Shown: in pieces, positions 50,529 through 60,264 of the stretch
Layout of the letters: each line of letters begins with the position of its first letter
Position numbering within the stretch: the stretch's first letter is position 1
Origin: Octopus bimaculoides
Taxonomy: Eukaryota
Reading direction: 5' to 3'
NCBI RefSeq assembly: GCF_001194135.2
Contig: NC_068996.1
Coordinates: 53,869,701 to 53,929,964 of the forward strand
Length of the DNA stretch: 60,264 nt
Notes under the pieces: model-generated
Told to the model about the DNA's origin: nothing
Database searches by the model: none
The model's input: only the letters and a program-made list of their open reading frames with translations
Program-made: the position numbers and the translations under genes

Positions 50529-50661
50529 CTTTATCCAAAATTGAGTGTGTTCACTTCAATGGTGTTGGAAGACGTGTCTTATACAAAGTGCAAGGACATG
50601 AGTTTGGAATCTTTGATATGGTATTTTCTGATAATAACATCTACTGGACAGATTGGACCAA
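50529..50661 (+). CDS. NID: Nidogen exon: G3 (ALSKIECVHFNGVGRRVL...IYWTDWT)
   Basis: ttttag|CT...CCAA|gtaagt, 133 nt, phase 1-2. Confidence 0.94.
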
Positions 50662-51257
50662 GTAAGTGTTAATATTAATTGGTTTATTGGAACAACTCAT
50701 AGCAAATTTTAATATGTATTAATTATTTAAAGTGGTGAGCTGGCAGAATCGTTAGCATGCTGGGCAAAATGCTTATCATCTGTCTTTATGTTCTGAGTTC
50801 AAATTCTGCAGTGACTGACTTCATTTTTCTTCCTTTCGGGATCAGCAAAATAAGTACCAGTTGGACACTGGGGTCAATGTAATCGAATTTCCTCTCCTGT
50901 AAAATTACTAGCCTTGAACCAAGATTTGAAACCTATACATACTAGTTATTTGCAGGGTTTTTTCTTTCATTCTTTCTTTCTTCCTGTTTTTTTTTTTTTT
51001 TTTTGTAAATGAGAAAATGAAAACAAATTATTTGACAAGTGGTACAATGTTGAAAATTCTTGTATTAATATTTCATGCAACAAATTAAGACACATTATTT
51101 ATCTCATTCTAATTTAAACTATCTTTTAACTACGTTCTAACTCTTAAATGAAAAATAACCAACCAAATATGTAGAATTTATTTGACATCATTTGTCATGC
51201 TGGACTGCTGAAATCTACAAGTTTTTTTCATTCTCTCTCTGTTTATTTTCTCTTATT

Positions 51258-51295
51258 CCTTTCTGTCGAAGAGCGTAGGCTTGAAATGTAAAAGA
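51258..51295 (+). ncRNA. Second, unrelated hammerhead-like motif (variant core)
   Basis: CTTT-CTGTCGA-A-GAGC-gtag-GCTT-GAA-ATGT-A-AAAG: stem I CTTT/AAAG, stem II GAGC/GCTT; the core has U where A6 is canonical. Confidence 0.35.
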
Positions 51296-53544
51296 CTTTT
51301 TCATTTTTCCTGAGCGTCAAACTAATACACTTGCATGTTGTCCATACACCTGTCTTTGTCTTTTGTTTTACTATAAATTTCAACTATGTTTTACTATAAA
51401 TTTATCAAGGTCTAAAAAACTTATGAGTCAATAACATTCTTCCAAAAACAAAAGGTTAGATGTGATGCCTGGGAAGCATCATTAATGTATTTTGAGTGAC
51501 ATATTTTTACCATATTCTGCTCTGTCAGAATTTTGGGTGCACTCAACAATAATTCTTTTACAGGAATGACATAAAACAAAATGTGATAATGTTTTTTGTC
51601 TTTCCAAAGTACATTAGGGAAGTAAAACGGTTTCAATTTATGGAAGCACTTCTTGAGCATCACGTACTCAGTGTAAGAAAATATAACCATCAATTTTGGA
51701 TTTATAACTCTTATATTGAACCAAAGGGTCATAATTTAGACATAATTATGTTTCCTTTAACATTAAAACTGTTTTAGTTGGATTAAAATTGTGAGTTTTG
51801 CATGACTTCTGTTAAAGATTTAAACTTCAGATTATTTCAGAGCAATAGATTTATCTGTTTAATTCATTTATTCTATGGAGTAACAAGTAATTTTCTTGTT
51901 GGACAAAGTTTAACACTTATTCTTTTATGATGATCTGTTCTGTATAGTAACTGACAAACAGAACATGATTACAATTAACTGAAGAGATACCATAAAAACT
52001 GCTTATTGTCCTCAGCTATTATTACTCCAAAATTCTTTTAGAGTATGACTACACATATCGATAAAGTTTTAATGCTTATGGTATGCAAATTAGTAGCTCC
52101 AATTTTTCTGTACTTACAGTATTTGTTTCTCTGGGATTGGTCAAATTGATGCTTGTGGTGAGAATCTTGTAAGATTCAAAAATCAATTGCGATCGTCCAT
52201 CATATTTTCCAATCAATGGAGGAACAATTAAATTAGCCTTGTTCACATATGGTTACTATATATATATATATATATGTCGCATATATCAGTACAGAATTTA
52301 GTAATCCATATGTTCATATATGTTATGCAACCTATTTAACAATACATGCACATACTTGAGGATACTATTAAAAAGATTCATTTATCATTCCAGTTAATAA
52401 ATAAATCAGAAAACAAATTGGTTTAAAAAATTGCTTTCAGTTCTTCAAATAATGAAATGTTGGGACATCATTAGTATTAAAACATAATTATATTAAGTTT
52501 TGAAAAGTTGTTAAACACTGAGTTTATACATGAAATGATATATTAAAATAGCACAATTGTGTTTGACTTTTACTATGTGATCATCAGGTATATTTTGAAG
52601 TTCTCAAATTGAAATCACATAGAAGTGATATGATGCCTTTGTTAAGTTTAATGGTTAAAAAAAATATGACATTTACATGACAAAAATTGTTTGCATATAT
52701 ATTGAAAAATCTGTTACTCATAAATGCAGTCGTAACTGTTGTTCCAAAAGCAGTGTGACATTATTTATGGAAATTGAAACAGATTCAAACAGATTCTTAA
52801 TGGCTTTGTCATCTTTGAAATGTTGTGACGTATATGCAGAAACAATTTGTTTTTGACTTGTAACTCAAAGGAATATTTTCACACCATTTAATGCGATGAA
52901 CAATATTCTCTTTTATACTCTCTCCTGTCTCTCACGGAAAACTATCTTCAAAATATGTAAAAACTACTTTTATAGAAAAATGAAACGGAATATTTTGTAG
53001 TTGTTTGAAAATGTATTTGCACTGGAGAGTTTGCTTTGATGACTTTAAATATTTGAATAGTCTGCTCTTTTACCAGTGTATTATCAAAGAATTTTACTGC
53101 ATTTATAGTTTATTGTCTGTCTACAAATTTCAAAATCTCTCAGCCTTCCAAAGTTCCATTTATGTTTCTTTCAACAAAGCTGGGAAAATATTTAGGTATT
53201 TTTTAGGTATTTTTGTATAGCAGACTCATAAAACACATTGAAGATGCTTCTCTGCAATATACTGCCTCTACTTTAAGAACACATCATGTACATTCTTACA
53301 CATAAATCAAATACTACACACACACACACACATCATATACTCAAATATTATATTTAATCTTAAAATCTACAAATCTGTAACAGGCAATAATTTCAGGGTC
53401 AGCATCCACATTATATTAAAGAAGACAAAAAAAAAAATGAAAAAAAAATAAGAAGAAAAGCATTTTCATGAACATAATGTTGCTGAGAAAAAAAATGTCT
53501 TATCATGGTTGAATTGTGTAATTGATTTCTATGAATTTTTTTAG

Positions 53545-53663
53545 GTCAACTATATCTAACATAAAGTGGAATGCCAATAAACCAAGTGAACCTTTAAGTC
53601 CACCAACCGGAGGTCATGGGAAAATGTATGGCATCACAACTATAACTGATACCTGTCCCCGAA
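53545..53663 (+). CDS. NID: Nidogen exon: end of G3 (KSTISNIKW...GGHGKMYGITTITDTCPR)
   Basis: ttttag|G...CGAA|gtgagt, 119 nt, phase 2-1; matches NID1 RLYGITTALSQCP. Confidence 0.94.
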
Positions 53664-53769
53664 GTGAGTAATTGTACAAGTTTTATTGACTAATTAATTC
53701 TGATGTTTGGTTGGTCAAATGAACACATTTATCTATGTCCAAAAACTAGCACATCACATCCACACGAAT

Positions 53770-53805
<36 letters not shown>

Positions 53806-53989
53806 ACACACACATACACACACGTGCACACACACACACACACACGTGCACACACACACACAATCCCACACATATATACAGTCACATTTTAAGGTACTTT
53901 ATCGAGTACACACATTACAACAGATTCAGGTATGTGCCTGATAGATATAGTTATGTATGTGTGCATATATATGCAAAAATCAAGCACAT

Positions 53990-54026
<37 letters not shown>

Positions 54027-54141
54027 GATACTGAAAAAAGGATGAGAGAGAAAGAGGATGTAATATACAGTTATATGTATATATTTGTAAAATAATGTTT
54101 AGATACGTAACACAATTCATACATATAGATCTTTTATCCTC

Positions 54142-54177
<36 letters not shown>

Positions 54178-56878
54178 ATCCACTCACATGCACTCCCCGT
54201 ACCATATATATGTATACACACACACGTGCACACACACACGCATACACACATGCATACACACACACACACATATATGCATGTGTGTGTATGTATGGCTGTA
54301 CATCTGTTTGAGTGTCTATATGTTTATACATGTGTAGATATACATGATGGTGTGTCAGCCTTTTTTTTTATGGTTACATGATAAGAAGAACAATTGTACC
54401 CATGGTTATACCCATGATTCTATGATCTTGCTCAGAGCCTCCAAACTGGTGGAAGTAAAGAAGGAAAGAAAGGGGGAAGTGATCACCAAACTAGAAACCT
54501 GACTAAAATATCTGAAACAAAGTGATTCCTCTACAGACAGCCAAAGCCAGATGGTAACATTTACACCAAGTATCAGGTTGTCAACCATCCAAAATCAGGA
54601 ATAGTCTCTTTGATAGGCTTTTACACAGTCTCTGATTACCAAATTTCATTAATAAGGCTTTGGGTGACCTGCCTATGCTACGGTAGAAAATATGCTTAAG
54701 ATGACTTGCAATGGGATCAACTTGGTATCTGTCTAATGGTAAAAACGAAGTCCTTAACTGCTAAACAGCTTTGATAGTTTCATCTATGTTAATGATAACA
54801 ATCTTCAAGCTACTCTAGTTTTAGAACCACAAAATATGATAATAAAAAATATATGATAATGATAACAAAATACATATTTTATTGCAATAGCAACAGATTA
54901 AATTTGGATTTCTGTTTGGGGCCATCAATACTGACTTTGATCTGTGTGAACGGCATTCATAAAATATGTAATTTTTTTTGTATTTAATTTGTTTAAAACT
55001 GAACTTTATTGCACTGATAGAAATAGGTGCATTTTTGTTCTTTGAATTAATGGCATAATTAATATTCTTCAAAAAGTTCACTAGCATACACATTGAATTG
55101 GGTTAGCATACTCATAAGTTTTTCTGAAGCATTTGATGAAGTTAGCCATTGAAAAATTGGTTGGCAAATTCAGAGCATAAATTTGGGAATAGATTAAGAT
55201 CTTTCCATTTGATTGGAAGCAGAGAAATACTGCTGTTTGTGTCATATAGACTGCAATGCCCTTTATTGCTGATAAATTTTACCTGCACTTAAATTTGAAA
55301 CATATGCTCTAATTCAAGTTGTCACTTCTTATCTGATATTAGTTCTCCACCAAAATTTATACACCTTTCCAACCCCAAAATGAAGAAAATATAATTAAAA
55401 AAAAAAGAATAATTTAAAGAAAAATTTGTTCTATAAACACTTTCTTTAATCACTTAAAACACTATGAAGAGAATCTGATTTGTTGAAATTCATATTGTTT
55501 CGGGCTTTTGAGAGGCTGGTGTATTGAATGAAAGGCAAAATTGTTTTCTTAAAAAGCAACTTTTAAAACCTTTTCAAACATCAAAAAATTGATTTTTGTC
55601 TTGTGAGTTTGAGAATGAAATAAAGAATTCAGAAAGAAATGAGAACAATGATATCTTTGCCTAATAACGACTTTGGTCATAACTGTTTGGTTTGTGGTTT
55701 GAAAATAAAAATAATAATAAAAAAAAAGGCAAGAGTTTGAATATTATCATAAAAGTTCAATACAAAGAAGAAGATTCTGAATTGTTGAAACAATTTAAAA
55801 AATACAGAAATTAAAAAATATTCATTAGAAATTGAAATCTAAGGAGTTCACATGATATACATAGAAATGAGGTGTTCACATGATATACATGCAAATGGAG
55901 GTGTTCACTTGGTGCGTAGCTTTGTGGTTAGCGTACTGGATTCCCAATTGTAAGTTGTGAATTTGATCTCTGGTCGAGGTTGCATATTGTGTCATTGAAC
56001 AAGGCATCCCATTTCACATTGCTCCAGTCTAGTCTTTCGAGAAGAAATACCAGCAGCAGCAGCAGCAGTAACTGTTGGTAATTAACCTTGTGATGGATTA
56101 ATTTTTGAACTTTTATTTGTTTATTCCTTGCAAACTAAGGTAAACTCTAACCTAGTGAATCTGTTGGCTCATGTTGAATGTAAATTTAGTTGCTCAATAT
56201 TTTGGCATGGAATCAACAGTAAAGTGTGGTTTGACAAAGATTCTGTTAGGATTCTGCAGATAATACTTTGAAGTCAAGACAAAACATGGTGATCAGTAGA
56301 CTGAAGATATTGATTATCTCCCTTAATTATCATAAATTCACTATGTATGATGCATGATAGAGAGGAGACTCTATTTGGAGTGAACATGATTATGGGTAAA
56401 GTAACAAACATGTATATTTTGAAATCAAATTGATATCTAGTCTTGAGAACTAATGAAAGATCTATCTTCAAGTTTACCAGCGTTGCTGAAAACTTGTTAG
56501 AAGTTAGAAAAAAGATCAGGAAGACATCTGAGGTGGGGAGTGGGGGGGGGGAGAAAGCATCTGACTACATTAAAATTTTAGTGAAATTTCTTATACTGAA
56601 TTCAATCAATTTCTAAAAGTTCTGTGCTTTTTGTTTGGAAAACTATTAATCTTTATGAAAAAATTGTTGAAACTTTTAACTTAAGCATATATAAATGTAA
56701 CTACTTACCATAGTATAGTTTTATAATTTCAAAGTTTTAAATATGGTAGGATACATTTGTTTTATGGCAAGAAACATTTACCAAAATAAGACTAATTTGA
56801 CAAAATAAATCTTTTTGGGAGCGTTTTAATGTTATGTGTTCTTGAATTTAAAGAGTTTGTTTTTGTTTTTGTTTTCAG

Positions 56879-57015
56879 ATACTAATGCTTGTGCCCATGA
56901 CAATGGAGGCTGCCGTTTCTTGTGTCTTCCAACATTTGGTTCTGGACGAACATGCATGTGTCCTGATGATGTTGATAACAATGATTGCAGTAGTGGAGCA
57001 TTATTACAGATGTAG
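56879..57015 (+). CDS. NID: Nidogen last coding exon: terminal EGF (NTNACAHDNGGCRFLCLPTFGSGRTCMCPDDVDNNDCSSGALLQM*)
   Basis: tttcag|AT..., TAG at 57013-57015; matches NID1 [25 protein letters not shown]. Confidence 0.94.
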
Positions 57016-60000
57016 TTAATCAAAATTAAAGGTAAATATGTATGTTAACATTCTTTCCTACTTAGGACTAGAAACAACTGAAAATTTTTTTATCAAAATA
57101 TGTTAACATATGGTGGTGCCCCAGCATGGCTGCAGCTTCAAGGCTGAAACATATAAAAGAATAAAAGAATATAGGGGTGGGCAGAAGTAGGTATACAGTT
57201 GCCGAATATGAGTGGAATGTTCTTTTCATTTTCCTGTCTTTTTTTTTTTAAAGCTAAGAGATCAGAAGTCAACTAAGGGATCTGCAGGAGATTCCCAGTT
57301 CATTGGAAGCCCTATTTTTTTTTTTATTTCTGGGGACTTTACAGTTTGAGCCACAAGCATTTCATTCTCTTCAGTTATAACATTGACTGATCAACCACTT
57401 TTCTGTGTATTGCAGATGGATCTGACATGCTTAAATTTGTCACATATTCTGTAAACTGTTAATCTTGACGGAGCTAGTTTTTGAAATTCTCCAGTCCATT
57501 TCATTTTTTTGAAATTGTTTCTATCTTTCTACAGGATGCTTTTTACATGGCACCAGCACCACTGCTTTTTATGTGACGTCTTTTATCTGTTTTCTAAAAG
57601 TCTATGGATATACATTCTCAGCTTTTTCCTATCATGATCATCAGCATCATAAACATCATCATTGGCTAAATCTCCATTATAATCATTTTTTTACCTTATT
57701 TTTTACCCGTATCAGTCATTGGACAGCAGCCAGGCTGGGGGCACCATTCTAAAGGGTTTAATCAAACAAATCAAATTCACGACCATTTTCTTTTATAAAG
57801 TCTTGTACTTATTCTATTGGTCCCTTGTGCCAAACTGCTAAGTTATGAGGATGTAAACAGACACGTGTTGTCTGACAGTGGTGGGGGACAAACATAAAAA
57901 CACACACATCTAGATAACACACACACACATATGCACACACACATGCACACACACACACACACACTCATATATGTGATGCGTTTCTCTTAGTTTTTTTCTA
58001 CCAAATCCACTGACAAATTTTTGGTTGACCTGGGGCTATAGTAGAAGACACTTGTCCAAGGTGCCATGCAGTGGGATTGGAAGAAAACTTTTTGCCACAC
58101 ACCTACGCCTGCACCTTGATTTCATAAAACCAACATCAGTCATCATTGTAGCTTCTATGCAAGTGGCTTACTGGTTAGGGTATTCGACTCACAATTGGAA
58201 GGTTGTGAGTTTGATCCCTGGTGGCCCATTGTGTCCTTGAGCAAGACACTTTATTTTCACATTGCTCCAGTCTACTCAGCTGGCAAAAAAGAGTTGTACC
58301 AGTAATTCAAAGTGGCCAGCCTTGTCGCATTTTATGTCTGGCTGAATCTCTCTGAGAACTACGTTAAGGGTACACATATCTGTAGCCATTTGCACTTTAA
58401 TTTCATGAGTACGCTGTTCCATTTGTAGGATCAACTGGAAGCCTCGTCACCTTAATTGGTGATAGCATATAGATCTTGTGCCACTTTCCAGCTTGCCAGT
58501 TCTCAGTCAAACTGTCCAACCCATGCCAGCATGGAAAGCGACAACCCTTTACACCCCCCCCCCACTGCTGCTGCTGCCAAAAAAGCCACTGCTACCACCA
58601 AAGCCGCTGCTGCCACCAAAGCTTCTGCTGCCATTGCCAAAGCTGCTTCCACCACTGCCACCACCGCAACCACTACTTCTACTATTACTACTACTACTAC
58701 TACTANNNNNNNNNNNNNNNNNNNNNNNNNNNNNNNNNNNNNNNNNNNNNNNNNNNNNNNNNNNNNNNNNNNNNNNNNNNNNNNNNNNNNNNNNNNNNNN
58801 NNNNNNNNNNNNNNNNNNNNNNNNNNNNNNNNNNNNNNNNNNNNNNNNNNNNNNNNNNNNNNNNNNNNNNNNNNNNNNNNNNNNNNNNNNNNNNNNNNNN
58901 NNNNNNNNNNNNNNNNNNNNNNNNNNNNNNNNNNNNNNNNNNNNNNNNNNNNNNNNNNNNNNNNNNNNNNNNNNNNNNNNNNNNNNNNNNNNNNNNNNNN
59001 NNNNNNNNNNNNNNNNNNNNNNNNNNNNNNNNNNNNNNNNNNNNNNNNNNNNNNNNNNNNNNNNNNNNNNNNNNNNNNNNNNNNNNNNNNNNNNNNNNNN
59101 NNNNNNNNNNNNNNNNNNNNNNNNNNNNNNNNNNNNNNNNNNNNNNNNNNNNNNNNNNNNNNNNNNNNNNNNNNNNNNNNNNNNNNNNNNNNNNNNNNNN
59201 NNNNNNNNNNNNNNNNNNNNNNNNNNNNNNNNNNNNNNNNNNNNNNNNNNNNNNNNNNNNNNNNNNNNNNNNNNNNNNNNNNNNNNNNNNNNNNNNNNGC
59301 TGCCATTTTTTAAATGTCTTTTGATGTCTTTTGATAATTTTTATAAATTTTTGCCCGAATTAAGATTTAATACATGTTGGTGTTAACATTTTAAATGCTT
59401 TTATACATATGTCTTCAGTGTTTGGAAAAAATAAAATAAAATATATATATAAATGAATATCAGCAAAATATTAATGACTCAAAAACAAAACACAAAAAAA
59501 AAAATAAATAAAAAATGATGAGGAGCAAGATGATGACAATGAAAGCAACACTGTTAGCAGTAGCAGAATGCAGATGACATTGCAATGATGTCACAATGGT
59601 GATGAGGGGGATAAAAGTATAGATGATAGAGGTGATAGGGTTAATGAGTGATGTAGTTACGATTCTGATATCTTAAGTTTTTATATTTGTATTCTCTCGA
59701 TGATTCTCACTCATACAGACATTAATTCATTCATGACTCGTTACATCTTAATCAATCTGGTTCTCCATTTTTAAATTGATTCTAGCTTAAGCAAGTTTTT
59801 TTTTTATATCATCAACTTGTAAAATATTTTATTTTTTAGTTGATTTGGAATAAGTATCAACATTTTATCCTACTTTCTAAGAATGGAATTTTCCTGCAAA
59901 ATTATTTCAGTTATTAAATAAAGAACTGTGTTGTAGTATTTTATAGTCATTCATTTCTCTAGAAATATCTTTAGTTGATAATGTAGGTTTTTAAGGAATA

Positions 60001-60172
60001 AATTGACTGATTTTTATTTTCCTTTTGCTATTTTTTATTAAAAAAACGTTTTGGTATGATTTTTCTCTTTTCTTGAAAAATGATTATTTTATTTTTCATT
60101 CTTTTTTTCTTTCATGCTAGCATAGAAAAATACATTAAACAAAATCAGATTTAGTTTAGCTGATATTTATAC

Positions 60173-60264
60173 TGATGGATTTCTATTCATAAATCAATGA
60201 TGGATTTCTATTCATAAATCAATGATGGATTTCTATTCATAAATCAATGATGGATTTCTATTCA
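60173..60264. repeat. 25-bp minisatellite (tgatggatttctattcataaatcaa), at least 3.7 copies, runs off the window end
   Basis: Direct inspection, period 25. Confidence 0.95.

Larger units (their letters stand above)
9310..57015 (+). other. NID: Nidogen (entactin) gene, 5'-incomplete, 20 coding exons in the window
   Basis: The manually spliced exons give EGF with CCxC, G2, 10 EGF, a YWTD propeller and a terminal EGF, which is the nidogen domain order. All junctions are GT-AG with matching phases. Peptides align by eye to vertebrate NID1 (e.g. [41 protein letters not shown]). Confidence 0.96.

Noticed and set aside
55090-55300. hAT dimerisation-domain remnant on the minus strand (FPNL...SNA)
   Set aside because: Similarity is too short and frameshifted to call without a search.
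58456-59386. Long Ala/Thr/Cys/Leu-rich ORFs (mucin-like)
   Set aside because: Made of GCT/ACC/ACT microsatellite plus an N gap of about 590 bases; not supportable as coding.

Overview
AT-rich, microsatellite- and transposon-dense animal DNA. The repeat landscape suggests an octopus genome; this is an inference, no search was run. The window holds the 3' part of one large + strand gene, nidogen/entactin. I reconstructed 20 GT-AG coding exons from 9310 to 57015 (2969 nt, about 989 codons, frame continuous across every junction). They encode EGF1, the G2 barrel, a rod of 10 EGF modules with no thyroglobulin domain, the G3 YWTD propeller and a terminal EGF. The N-terminal NIDO/G1 exons were not found and presumably lie upstream. 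The introns contain a near-full-length but broken RTE LINE and many 5'-truncated copies, three tRNA-derived SINE families, and Penelope-like (PLE) RT and GIY-YIG remnants. They also contain mariner, R4-like and CR1-like fragments, piggyBac- and hAT-type MITEs, and several long inverted repeats. The most notable hidden signal is a tRNA-headed short element whose 3' part contains a minimal type I hammerhead-ribozyme motif of the PLE kind, present at two loci, each with a 5'-inverted self-copy. Also notable are a decayed duplicate of an EGF exon and candidate cryptic exons in the rod.
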